The notes under the pieces were generated by a model that saw nothing but the letters and a program-made list of their open reading frames with translations, searched no databases and was not told the DNA's origin. A stretch of DNA of 64,000 nt, taken from the NCBI GenBank assembly GCA_040218735.1, contig JAVJQW010000050.1, positions 192,001 to 256,000 on the forward strand, read 5' to 3'. Position numbers and translations under genes: made by a program. Shown here in pieces: positions 21,681 through 30,847 of this stretch; position 1 is the first letter of the stretch, and each line of letters starts with the position of its first letter. The stretch comes from Deltaproteobacteria bacterium (GTDB taxonomy: Bacteria; Myxococcota; Kuafuiibacteriia; Kuafuiibacteriales; Kuafuiibacteriaceae).

Positions 21681-23482
21681 GCACCCGAACGCGCCGCCGC
21701 GGCATCCGCGCCGTCTCCGAAGAGGTGACGTTCGGCAAGGCGTACGACGCGCGCCTCGTGCGCCGGCTCGCCGTGTTCTTCGGTCCGCACCGCGCCCTCC
21801 TGGTGCTCGCGGCCGCCTCGTACCCGGTCGTCGCGGGGCTCGGGCTCGTGCAGCCGTACCTGGTGAAGCTGGCCATCGACGATCACCTCGTCCCGAAGCA
21901 GCCCGACGGCTTCGCGCTGATCCTCGCGCTGATGATCGGCGCGCTCGGGTTCGAGTTCGCCGCCAAGTTCGCGCAGACCATCCTCACGCAGCTCCTCGGT
22001 CAGCGCGTCACGCGCGACCTTCGGCTCGCGCTGTTCAACAAACTCCAGGAGGTCGACCTCGCGCACATCGAGCGCAACCCGGTCGGCCGCCTCATGACGC
22101 GCGTGACCAACGACGTCGAGTCGTTGTCCGAGACGTTCTCCACCGGCGCGATCAGCATCGTCGGCGACATGGTCACGCTCGCGGGCATCGTGGTGATGAT
22201 GCTCGCGCTCGACGTCCGGCTGACGCTCTACGCGTTCATGGTCGTGCCGGTCCTGATCGTCTTCGTGAGCGTGATGCGCAAGTTCGCGCGCGAGGCCTTC
22301 CGGCGGGTGCGATCGCTGCTGTCGCAGATGAACGCGTTCCTCAACGAGTCGGTGTCGGGCATGTCGCTCATCCAGTCGTTCCGTCAGGAGTCGACGATGG
22401 CGGGCGAGTTCGACGACGTGAACGACGCGTACAAACGCGCCAACTTCTCGTCGATCCGCTACGACGCGATGACCTACGCGACGGTGGAGGCGGTCTCGAC
22501 CATGGCGATCGCGACCACCCTCCTCTTCGGGCTGGGGGTCTTCGAGTCCGGCGAAGCGCAGATCGGTCTGTTCGTCGCCTTCGTCGACTACCTGCGGCGC
22601 TTCTTCCAACCGATCAACGAGCTGTCGACGAAGTACACGATGCTCCAGTCCGCGATGGCCTCGGCCGAGCGCTGCGTCGACCTCCTCGACCAACACCCCA
22701 CCGTCGTCGAGACGGACGATCCGAAGGCGCTCGGTGCGTTCTCGGACGCGCTCCGGTTCGAGAAGGTCCGCTTCGCGTACAGCGAGAAGGGCCCCGAGAT
22801 TCTGCACGGCCTCGACCTCGTGGTGAAGAAGGGCGAGAAGGTTGCGATCGTCGGCCCCACCGGCGCGGGCAAGTCGACGATCGTGAAGCTCGTCGCCCGC
22901 TTCTACGACCCGTCCGACGGCAAGGTCACCTTCGACGGCGTCGACCTGCGCGACGCACGCATCGACGACGTGCGCAGCAAGCTCGCGGTGGTGCTCCAGG
23001 ACTCGTACCTGTTCGACGGCACCATCCGCGACAACATCCGCTTCGGGCGCCGCGACCTCACCGACGACGACCTGCAGGCCGCCGCGAAGCGCACCTGCGC
23101 GATGGAGGTGATCGGGCGCCTCGAGGAAGGCTTCGACGCACGCGTAGGAGAACGCGGCTCGCGCCTGTCGACGGGCCAGCGACAGCTGATCGCGTTCGCG
23201 CGCGCGCTCGCGCTGGATCCGGAGATCCTGGTGCTCGACGAAGCCACGAGCTCGGTCGACCCCGAGACGGAGTCGCTGATCCAGACGGGCCTCGAAGCGC
23301 TGATCGAGGACCGCACCGCGATCATCATCGCGCACCGCCTCTCCACGATTCGCCGCGCCGACCGCATCATCGTGCTCGCGCAGGGGCAGGTGGTCGAACA
23401 GGGCTCGCACGACGAGTTGCTCGCGCTGGGCGGGGTCTACAAGAACCTCTACGAGCTGCAGTTCGCCGAGCAGGCGCCGTGA
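21677..23482 (+). CDS. Heterodimeric ABC exporter subunit B (MdlB-like)
   Basis: TM domain plus GPTGAGKST, LSTGQRQL, VLDEATSSVD, AHRLSTI; ATGA overlap with subunit A. Confidence 0.92.
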   Translation: MSTRTRRRGIRAVSEEVTFGKAYDARLVRRLAVFFGPHRALLVLAAASYPVVAGLGLVQPYLVKLAIDDHLVPKQPDGFALILALMIGALGFEFAAKFAQTILTQLLGQRVTRDLRLALFNKLQEVDLAHIERNPVGRLMTRVTNDVESLSETFSTGAISIVGDMVTLAGIVVMMLALDVRLTLYAFMVVPVLIVFVSVMRKFAREAFRRVRSLLSQMNAFLNESVSGMSLIQSFRQESTMAGEFDDVNDAYKRANFSSIRYDAMTYATVEAVSTMAIATTLLFGLGVFESGEAQIGLFVAFVDYLRRFFQPINELSTKYTMLQSAMASAERCVDLLDQHPTVVETDDPKALGAFSDALRFEKVRFAYSEKGPEILHGLDLVVKKGEKVAIVGPTGAGKSTIVKLVARFYDPSDGKVTFDGVDLRDARIDDVRSKLAVVLQDSYLFDGTIRDNIRFGRRDLTDDDLQAAAKRTCAMEVIGRLEEGFDARVGERGSRLSTGQRQLIAFARALALDPEILVLDEATSSVDPETESLIQTGLEALIEDRTAIIIAHRLSTIRRADRIIVLAQGQVVEQGSHDELLALGGVYKNLYELQFAEQAP

Positions 23483-24519
23483 CATTTGCGCTCGTCGCGC
23501 TGGCGGCGATCGCCGGGCAGACCGCGACGCCCGTCGTGCCGCCCGCGCCCGAGGCCGAGCGCGACGCGTTCCGCTACGCCAAGTACGCGGCGCTGATCGA
23601 CGGCGTGTGGAGCGGCGCGATGACGGTCGCGTGGTCGCTGTCGGCGAACAGCCACCGCACGCCCCAACCCGAAGGGGCGATCGGCATCGTCCTCGCGCGG
23701 GTGTTGTACGGGACGACGTGGACCGTGCAGGTCGCGCTCAACACCGCCCTGCTCCGCTTCGCGCTCGGCGAGGACTTCGACGGCCTCGAGAAGGGCTCGC
23801 TCCGCAACAACTGGCTGGTTGGGCTCGACATCCCTGCGCCGTGTGAGCGCGGCGGCGGCGACACGTGCGGGCTCGGGCTCGGTGGCTACAGCGAGATCAC
23901 CGTGAAGCTGCGCTCGGGGCTCGAGCTCACCATGACCGGTGGGTGGATCCAGGGTCGCTTCGACACCGACGAGCGGCGCACGCTCATACAGAGCACGTGG
24001 ATCCAGGCGCCGCTGATCGTACGTACGCGACACCGTGCCGAGCTCGGACCCGTCGCGTTCGAGGCGGTCTTCGGCGGCGGGCTCTACTACGGGATGCACA
24101 ATGCCCACGTGCACGAGCGCCCGGCCTTTCGGGGGGACCTCGACGTGCCGCCCTGGGAGCTCATCGTCCTGCACGCCGGCGCCGGGGTCGGAGCCCACGC
24201 CAAGGTCGCGGTGGATCTGTTCGACCTCATCACCGTCGAGGGCGAGGCCGACCTCGCCCCATTCTTGATCAACGTCCGGCCGCGCCCGCCCGACGTGGTC
24301 GCGCCCCTCGCGGCCGAACGGACCGGCCTCCCCGTCTGGCGGCGCGCGTCGGTCGGCGTCGGGCTCGCGGACGGCATCCTCCCGGTCCGCCTCTCCGTTA
24401 GGTACTACGGGCTGGAGCTGGGGCCCCGTCCGACGGACGGGTTCGGCCACCGCGGGCTCATCTTCCAGTTCGAGACGCCGTTCGAGCTCGAGGACGACGA
24501 AGACGACCCCTCCAAATAG
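23479..24519 (+). CDS. Hypothetical secreted protein, possibly an outer-membrane beta-barrel
   Basis: Signal-like N-terminus; alternating aromatic/hydrophobic strands ending LIFQFETPF; GTGA coupling to the ABC gene. Confidence 0.7.
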   Translation: MTFALVALAAIAGQTATPVVPPAPEAERDAFRYAKYAALIDGVWSGAMTVAWSLSANSHRTPQPEGAIGIVLARVLYGTTWTVQVALNTALLRFALGEDFDGLEKGSLRNNWLVGLDIPAPCERGGGDTCGLGLGGYSEITVKLRSGLELTMTGGWIQGRFDTDERRTLIQSTWIQAPLIVRTRHRAELGPVAFEAVFGGGLYYGMHNAHVHERPAFRGDLDVPPWELIVLHAGAGVGAHAKVAVDLFDLITVEGEADLAPFLINVRPRPPDVVAPLAAERTGLPVWRRASVGVGLADGILPVRLSVRYYGLELGPRPTDGFGHRGLIFQFETPFELEDDEDDPSK

Positions 24520-24638
24520 GGGTTTTATGCGCCTCTAATCGCACGCCTCGCCACATTGTCTGCATTTTCACACACCACCTGAACGGGCCCGACCGAAAAC
24601 CAAATGGGGTGCTCTACGCGCGCCCCGGTAGGAGCTCG

Positions 24639-26225
24639 ATGGGCACGCGGCCAAGAATCGAGGTGGATCCGGCGGACACGATTCCGAACGTGCCCGCGAT
24701 CCTGGCCCCGATCGACGTGTCCGACGTCGTCGAGCAGGACGGACCGCGCTACGCGATCGTCGGCTCCATCCACCGCGGCGGCATGGGGGAGATCCTCCTC
24801 GCGCGCGTCGAGGGCCCCGAAGGCTTCTCGCGGAAGGTCGTCCTGAAGGGCCTGCTGTCCAAATTGTCCCAGGACGACGTCAGCTATCAGCTCTTCATGC
24901 ATGAGGCGCTGCTGATGTCGCGGCTCGACCACCCGAACATCGTCCGGGTCTTCGACCTCCCGCGCGTCGGCGGCAAGCCGTACCTCGCGATGGAGTACCT
25001 GCGCGGGCGCAACTTCCACCAGGTCATCCAGCGCGCGGCCTCGCAGGGCAAAACGGTGCCGACGAAGATCGCGCTGCACGTCGTCGCCCAGGCGCTGCGC
25101 GGCCTCCACTACGCACACAGCCAGAAGACCGACGAGGGTGATCTGCTCGGCGTCATCCACCGCGACGTCAGCCCCGGCAACCTCCTGCTGTCGTTCTTCG
25201 GCGAGGTGAAGGTCACCGACTTCGGCATCGCGAAGATCGCCAACTCCCCCCGGTTCACCGGCCCGCGTTCCATCCGCGGCAAGGCGCGCTACGTCGCGCC
25301 GGAGCAGGTGCACGGCGAGCCCGCGACGATCCTCTCGGACATCTACTCCGCCGGCGTCGTGCTCGCAGAGGCGCTCCTCGGCGAGCCGCTCTGGGAGCGC
25401 AAGACCGTCCCCGAGACGCTCCTCGCGATCGTCAGCGAGGACCGCGAGAAGACGATCGACCGCATCCTCCGGCGGCACGAGGACGTCCCCGGCCTCTCCG
25501 CCGCGCTGCGCGGCTCGCTCGCGCTTCGTCCGGAGGATCGCTTCGCGTCGGCGCTTCAGTTCGCGGAGACACTCGAATCCATCGCGCGCGCGATCGGCGG
25601 CACGCTGACCGACGTCGAGCTCGGCCTGTACGTCCGTGCCCTGTTCGTCGACGCCCCCGACGTCCCGCACGACGACGGGTTCGGCCGCTCCGGCTTCCCG
25701 GTGCCGAAGTTCGAGATGCTCGAGGAGGACACCGACTCCACGATCATCACGCTCGAACCGGACTGGATCAAACAGCACTCGATCGCGTCGACGACGCGGA
25801 TGCGCCCCACGGAGCCTCGCGTCCTGCCGCCACCGCTCCCGCTGACGCCCTCCTCCCGTCCGACGCCGGACGTTCGCCCGAACGAGCCGATGGCCGACGC
25901 CTCACTCGACGTCGCGGACACCGCGATCAAGGCGGGGACGCCGGGGGTCATCAAGGCGAGCGCGCTCCCCGAGCAAATCGCGATCTTCCACGACCCGGCC
26001 GAACCGGCGCGGGAATACTCGTTCTCGGAGCTCCCGGCCTACCCGACGGCGCCGGAGGCGGCCGACTCCCCCCTCCGTCGCCCCGCGCGCCGGATGCGGT
26101 CGCCGCTCCCCCGCTCCGAGAGCCTCGCGACCCAGCGCGCCATGACCTTCCTGCTCGCCGGGATCTTCATCGGCGCGTCGCTCGCGATCGCCGGCTGTGT
26201 CATTGCGCTACTCGCGGGCCCGTAG
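24639..26225 (+). CDS. Serine/threonine protein kinase with C-terminal TM helix
   Basis: GGMGEI, VVLK, HPNIV, HRDVSPGN, DFG, YVAPE; GGAG before ATG 24639. Confidence 0.92.
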   Translation: MGTRPRIEVDPADTIPNVPAILAPIDVSDVVEQDGPRYAIVGSIHRGGMGEILLARVEGPEGFSRKVVLKGLLSKLSQDDVSYQLFMHEALLMSRLDHPNIVRVFDLPRVGGKPYLAMEYLRGRNFHQVIQRAASQGKTVPTKIALHVVAQALRGLHYAHSQKTDEGDLLGVIHRDVSPGNLLLSFFGEVKVTDFGIAKIANSPRFTGPRSIRGKARYVAPEQVHGEPATILSDIYSAGVVLAEALLGEPLWERKTVPETLLAIVSEDREKTIDRILRRHEDVPGLSAALRGSLALRPEDRFASALQFAETLESIARAIGGTLTDVELGLYVRALFVDAPDVPHDDGFGRSGFPVPKFEMLEEDTDSTIITLEPDWIKQHSIASTTRMRPTEPRVLPPPLPLTPSSRPTPDVRPNEPMADASLDVADTAIKAGTPGVIKASALPEQIAIFHDPAEPAREYSFSELPAYPTAPEAADSPLRRPARRMRSPLPRSESLATQRAMTFLLAGIFIGASLAIAGCVIALLAGP

Positions 26226-26266
26226 GACTGCCGGGATTTCCCGCCGCCTGGTAACCTCCTGGACCC

Positions 26267-28993
26267 GTGGCGCTCGCGAGCCCTCAACGTAGCCGGTGGG
26301 TCCCGCACCTCCTGCTCGTTCTGTCGCTGCTCGTCCTGACGCTCACCTACGTCCAGCTCCAAGTGCGCGCGCGCGAAGATCGTGCAGAGTCCGTTCGACT
26401 GCACGCCGAGACGGCGGCCGGGCGTCTTCAGCTGTACTTCGTCGATCGGCTCGCCGCGTTGGAGTCGGTGCGCGACGCATGGACGGCGGGGCCGCCGACG
26501 GAAGCCCGCTTCGCGGAGCTCGCGATGGCGACCCACGATCGTTTCCGCGGGTTCGTCGCGCTCAACTGGATCGACCCGGACCACGTAATTCGGTGGGTGC
26601 ATCCCAAGACGCGCAACCTCAAGGCGAAGGACCGCGACCTCGACGACCACGCGATCGCCGGCCCGCTCGTGCAGCGCGCCGAGAAGACCGGGGCTCTGCA
26701 GATTACCCATCCGATCGAGCTGCTCCAGGGCGGCCGCGGAATCGCCGCCTATCTCCCGGTGTACCGCGACGGCGAGCTGGAAGGTTTCATCAACGGCGTG
26801 CTCAGTACCGACGAGCTGCGGGGGATGGTGCCCATGTACGAACCGATCGGCATCGCGCTGCGCCTACGCGACGGCAACCGCATCGTGTTCGAGCTCGGCG
26901 AGACGATGCCGGAGGACCACGAACGTTTGTCACGGACGATCCACGTGGGGCCCCGCAAGTGGAACCTCACGGTGATGGACGTGGGAGCGGACCGCCAGGC
27001 GCACAGCTGGGCGGACGAGGCCCTCCTGGCGAGCGGAGTCTTGCTCGCGCTGCTCTTCTTCGGCGCGCTGCTGATCATGGTTCGGCGCCGCGACGCGCTC
27101 GCGGTGACCGAGGCGCGCTACCGCACCCTGGTCGAGAACGCCCCGGAAGCGATCGTCGTGTTCTACGCCGACACGAAGCGCATCGTCGAAGTGAACGAGA
27201 ACGCCGCGACGCTGTACGGGATGCCTCGCGACAAACTCCTCGGGCGGCACTTCTCGGATCTCGCGCCGACCCAGCAGGAGGACGGTCGCCCGTCGGGCCT
27301 CGTCGCGACGGCGGTCATCGACGCCGCGCTTCGCGGTGAAGCGTCGCTGCTGACCTGGAAGCTCCTCGGCGACCAGGGTCCGCGCATCACCGAGCTCAGG
27401 TTGGTGCGCCTCCCCGGCGATCCCGCGCGCGTCCGTGCGAGCCTGACGCCGCTCGCGGAGCGCATGGCGCGTGAGTTCGCGCTGCAGAAGAGCGAAGCGC
27501 AGCTACGACGCATCCTCGAATCGACGCGCGACGGCGTGATCGTCGCGAACGCGCTCGGACAAGTGACCTTCGTGAACCGTCGGCTGCTCCAGATCTTGGA
27601 GCTCGAGGAGGGGATCGTGATCGGCGCGCGTCTCACGGACGTGTTGCGCAGCGAGAAGGACGCAAAGCCCGTCGCCGGGTCGTCCTCGGTGTCTTTCGAA
27701 CAAGAGCTGATCCGCGGCGACGGGACGACGGCGTGGGTCGTGCTCCGGACCCTCCCGATGCGCGACGAACGTGGTCGAAGCGACGGGACGCTCACGCTGA
27801 TCACCGACCTCTCCGACCGCCGATCACTCGAGGCGCAGCTCGCACACGCGCAGAAGATGGAGGCGATCGGCCGCCTGGCGGGAGGTGTCGCACACGACTT
27901 CAACAACCTGCTGATGGGCATCCTCACGTCCTCCGAGCTGCTCGAAGATCAGCCGCTCGACGACGAGAGCATCGAGCTCGTGCACGAGATCCAACGGTGC
28001 GGCGAACGTGCCGCGACGTTGACACGACAGCTCCTGACGTTCGGACGCAAAGACGTCGCGCAGCCGCGAACGCTCGAGGTCCGCAACCTGATCCAGGATC
28101 TCAAGTCGATGCTCCGCCGCGTCATCACGGAGAACATCGCGCTCGATATCACGTGCACCGACGACGTCGGCTTGGTGCACGCGGATCGCGTCCAGCTCGA
28201 ACAGGTCCTGATCAATCTCGCGGTGAACGCGAGCGACGCGATGCCCCACGGCGGCAAGCTGACCATCCACACGTCACCGGTCGAGCTCCTCGAAACCGAC
28301 GTCCGGCCGGTCGGCCTCCGCCCCGGGCGCTACACACAGATCATCGTCGAGGACACCGGACAAGGCATCCCGCGCGAGCACATGCAGCGGGTGTTCGAGC
28401 CGTTCTTCACGACCAAGGGGCCCACCGAGGGGACCGGCCTCGGCCTCGCGACGGCGCACGGCACGGTGACCGCGATCGGCGGGACGATCACCGTGGAGAG
28501 CACCGTCGGCAAGGGGACGCGGTTCGAGATCCACCTGCCGGAGGCGCCGCCCGGGAGCTTCGAAGAGCAGACGCCGGCGCCGCGCGGGAAGTCGCGCGGC
28601 CGCGAGACGATCCTGATCGTCGAGGACGAGGAGAACGTGCGCCACGCGCTCAAGCGCGCGCTCGCCGGTTCGGGCTACGAGGTCCTCGTCGCGTCGGACC
28701 CGCTCGAGGCGCTGGAGATCTTCTCGGCGCGGGAGGGGCCGATTCAGCTCGTGGTGTCCGACGTCGTGATGCCGCACATGAGCGGTCCGCAGCTCGCGGA
28801 GCAGATCCGAGCCTCCGAGCCCGAGATGGAGTTCCTGTTCATGTCCGGCTACGCGGGTGATCAGCTACCGGAGGATCTCGCGAGCCGCGAAGACCTGCTC
28901 CTCAAGAAGCCGTTCACGGCGGCGACGCTCACCGCACGTGTGCGACAGCGGCTCGACAAGACGCCGACCGGCGGCGTGCGCGTCAACCTTTGA
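26267..28993 (+). CDS. Hybrid sensor kinase CHASE-PAS-PAS-HisKA-HATPase-REC
   Basis: TM-CHASE (PIELLQGGRGIAAYLPVY)-TM; two PAS domains; QKMEAIGRLAGGVAHDFNNLL; FEPFFTTK; GTGLGLA; C-terminal REC (SDVVMP). Confidence 0.93.
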   Translation: MALASPQRSRWVPHLLLVLSLLVLTLTYVQLQVRAREDRAESVRLHAETAAGRLQLYFVDRLAALESVRDAWTAGPPTEARFAELAMATHDRFRGFVALNWIDPDHVIRWVHPKTRNLKAKDRDLDDHAIAGPLVQRAEKTGALQITHPIELLQGGRGIAAYLPVYRDGELEGFINGVLSTDELRGMVPMYEPIGIALRLRDGNRIVFELGETMPEDHERLSRTIHVGPRKWNLTVMDVGADRQAHSWADEALLASGVLLALLFFGALLIMVRRRDALAVTEARYRTLVENAPEAIVVFYADTKRIVEVNENAATLYGMPRDKLLGRHFSDLAPTQQEDGRPSGLVATAVIDAALRGEASLLTWKLLGDQGPRITELRLVRLPGDPARVRASLTPLAERMAREFALQKSEAQLRRILESTRDGVIVANALGQVTFVNRRLLQILELEEGIVIGARLTDVLRSEKDAKPVAGSSSVSFEQELIRGDGTTAWVVLRTLPMRDERGRSDGTLTLITDLSDRRSLEAQLAHAQKMEAIGRLAGGVAHDFNNLLMGILTSSELLEDQPLDDESIELVHEIQRCGERAATLTRQLLTFGRKDVAQPRTLEVRNLIQDLKSMLRRVITENIALDITCTDDVGLVHADRVQLEQVLINLAVNASDAMPHGGKLTIHTSPVELLETDVRPVGLRPGRYTQIIVEDTGQGIPREHMQRVFEPFFTTKGPTEGTGLGLATAHGTVTAIGGTITVESTVGKGTRFEIHLPEAPPGSFEEQTPAPRGKSRGRETILIVEDEENVRHALKRALAGSGYEVLVASDPLEALEIFSAREGPIQLVVSDVVMPHMSGPQLAEQIRASEPEMEFLFMSGYAGDQLPEDLASREDLLLKKPFTAATLTARVRQRLDKTPTGGVRVNL

Positions 28994-30422
28994 CGACGGC
29001 GAGCGGGACGAGCTTCGCGACCTTCGGCGCGATGCCGGAGCCCTCCATCACGTCGACCACGTTCTGCACGTCCTTGTAGGCCTCCGGGATCTCTTCGGCG
29101 ACGGTGCTGCGTTTCTCGCTTCGCACGTAGACGCCCTTCTCGATGAGCTCCTCGAAGATCGGACGCCCCTGCGCGGCGCGCTTCGCCGCCGCGCGCGAGA
29201 GCTGTCGACCCGCGCCGTGACAGGACGAACCAAACGTCTCCTGCATCGCACGCTCGGTGCCCTTCAGCACGAAGCTGTAGCGCCCCATGTCGCCCGGCAC
29301 GAGCACCGGTTGGCCGACGTCGCGGTACCGCGCGGGCACCTTCGGGTGCCCCGGACCAAACGCTCGCGTGGCGCCCTTGCGATGGACACAGACGCGCTTG
29401 GTGACGCCGTCGATCTCGTGCTCCTCCCACTTCGCGATGTTGTGGCAGACGTCGTAGACGAGCTCGAGCCCGAGCCGCACGTCGTCCTCACCGAAGAACT
29501 TCGCCATCGCGCCACGGACTTCGTTCGTCATCATCTGCCGGTTCGCGAACGCATAGTTGATCGCACACGCCATCGCCGCGAAGTACTTGTTCGCTTCGTC
29601 GCTCTTCAGCGGCGCAGCGGCGAGCTGGCGGTCCGGGAGCTGAACGCCGAGCTTCTTCGAAGCCTTCATCATCATCCGGAGCGCGTCGTCGCAGACCTGG
29701 TACCCGAAGCCCCGCGACCCCGAGTGAATCATCACGGTGACGCGATCCTTCTCGAGCCCGAACGCCTTCGCGGCTTCTTCGTCGTAGATCTCCGCGACGT
29801 ACCCGAGCTCGCAGAAGTGATTGCCGGAGCCGAGCGATCCGAGCTGCGGTTTGCCGCGCTCCTTCGCGCGCTTGCTTACGCGCGCCGGGTCGGCGCCCGC
29901 GAACGCGCCGCCCTCTTCGATGACCTCGGCGTCGGCGCGTCGGCCGTAACCTTCGTCGATCGCCCAGTTGGCGCCCTTCGTGAGCACGCCCTCCAGCTCC
30001 CGATCGGAGAGCGAGCGTTTCTTGCTGCCGCGACCAAGCCCGGAGGGAATCGCGTCGAACAACGCGAGTGAGAGCTCCTCGAGGCGATCGGCGACATCGG
30101 CGCGATCGAGGTTGGAGCGCATCAGGCGCACGCCGCAGTTGATGTCGTAGCCGACGCCGCCGGGGGACAACACCCCCTCGTCGGGATCGAAGGCGGCGAC
30201 GCCGCCGATCGGGAATCCGTAACCCCAGTGCACGTCGGGCATCGCGATCGACGCCTTCAAGATCCCGGGGAGGTGGGCGACGTTCTCGACCTGCTTGGGC
30301 GCCTGGTCCTTCTTGATGTCTTGCACCATCTCTTCGGACGCGTAGATGCGTCCGGGCACGCGCATGTTTCCGCGCGCAGGGATGCGCCAGCGGAACTCGT
30401 CTTCCTGTTCGAGGTAGACCAT
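28983..30422 (-). CDS. rtcB: RtcB RNA ligase (archaeal/eukaryote-like, about 480 aa)
   Basis: MPDVHWGYGFPIGG, GYDINCG, GSGNHF, HSGSRG, HNIAK, HRKGAT, PGDMG, SCHGAGR, EEIPEAYK. Confidence 0.96.
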   Translation of the reverse strand: MVYLEQEDEFRWRIPARGNMRVPGRIYASEEMVQDIKKDQAPKQVENVAHLPGILKASIAMPDVHWGYGFPIGGVAAFDPDEGVLSPGGVGYDINCGVRLMRSNLDRADVADRLEELSLALFDAIPSGLGRGSKKRSLSDRELEGVLTKGANWAIDEGYGRRADAEVIEEGGAFAGADPARVSKRAKERGKPQLGSLGSGNHFCELGYVAEIYDEEAAKAFGLEKDRVTVMIHSGSRGFGYQVCDDALRMMMKASKKLGVQLPDRQLAAAPLKSDEANKYFAAMACAINYAFANRQMMTNEVRGAMAKFFGEDDVRLGLELVYDVCHNIAKWEEHEIDGVTKRVCVHRKGATRAFGPGHPKVPARYRDVGQPVLVPGDMGRYSFVLKGTERAMQETFGSSCHGAGRQLSRAAAKRAAQGRPIFEELIEKGVYVRSEKRSTVAEEIPEAYKDVQNVVDVMEGSGIAPKVAKLVPLAVVKG

Positions 30423-30442
30423 TCGTCTCTCTTCCTATCGCT

Positions 30443-30847
30443 TCACACGTCGATCACCACGCGACCGAACCATCCGTCGGCGCGCTCTTCGAGCAGCAGG
30501 TGGTGATACGTCACGCTCTTGAGCTCGGTCGCGAGTTTCTCCACCGCGCCCGACTCGCCACGGGCGGTGGCCACGATACGCTCCCGTTCGACGACGACCT
30601 CGCCGCCTTCGAACAGGAAGTCGTCGTTCACCGCCCAGTACAGAATCTCGTTGAGCCACACGACGAGGCCGTCCTCGAAGTCCGTGACCTCGAGCTCGGT
30701 CGTGCGCTGCGACGAACCTACGACCGATGCGCCTTCCGTCAACACGTCGATCACCGCGCGCGCGGCTTCGAGGAACAACGCGGGCAACGTCGGCGCCGAA
30801 AACTCCAGCGCGACGTCCGCGGTGTGGTCGAGTTGTCGGTAACTCAT
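30443..30847 (-). CDS. Archease (RtcB activator)
   Basis: YRQLDHTADV N-terminus, ELKSVTYH, C-terminal VVIDV; immediately upstream of rtcB. Confidence 0.95.
   Translation of the reverse strand: MSYRQLDHTADVALEFSAPTLPALFLEAARAVIDVLTEGASVVGSSQRTTELEVTDFEDGLVVWLNEILYWAVNDDFLFEGGEVVVERERIVATARGESGAVEKLATELKSVTYHHLLLEERADGWFGRVVIDV

Noticed and set aside
28983-30422. Intein or intron in rtcB
   Set aside because: Normal length with contiguous motifs.
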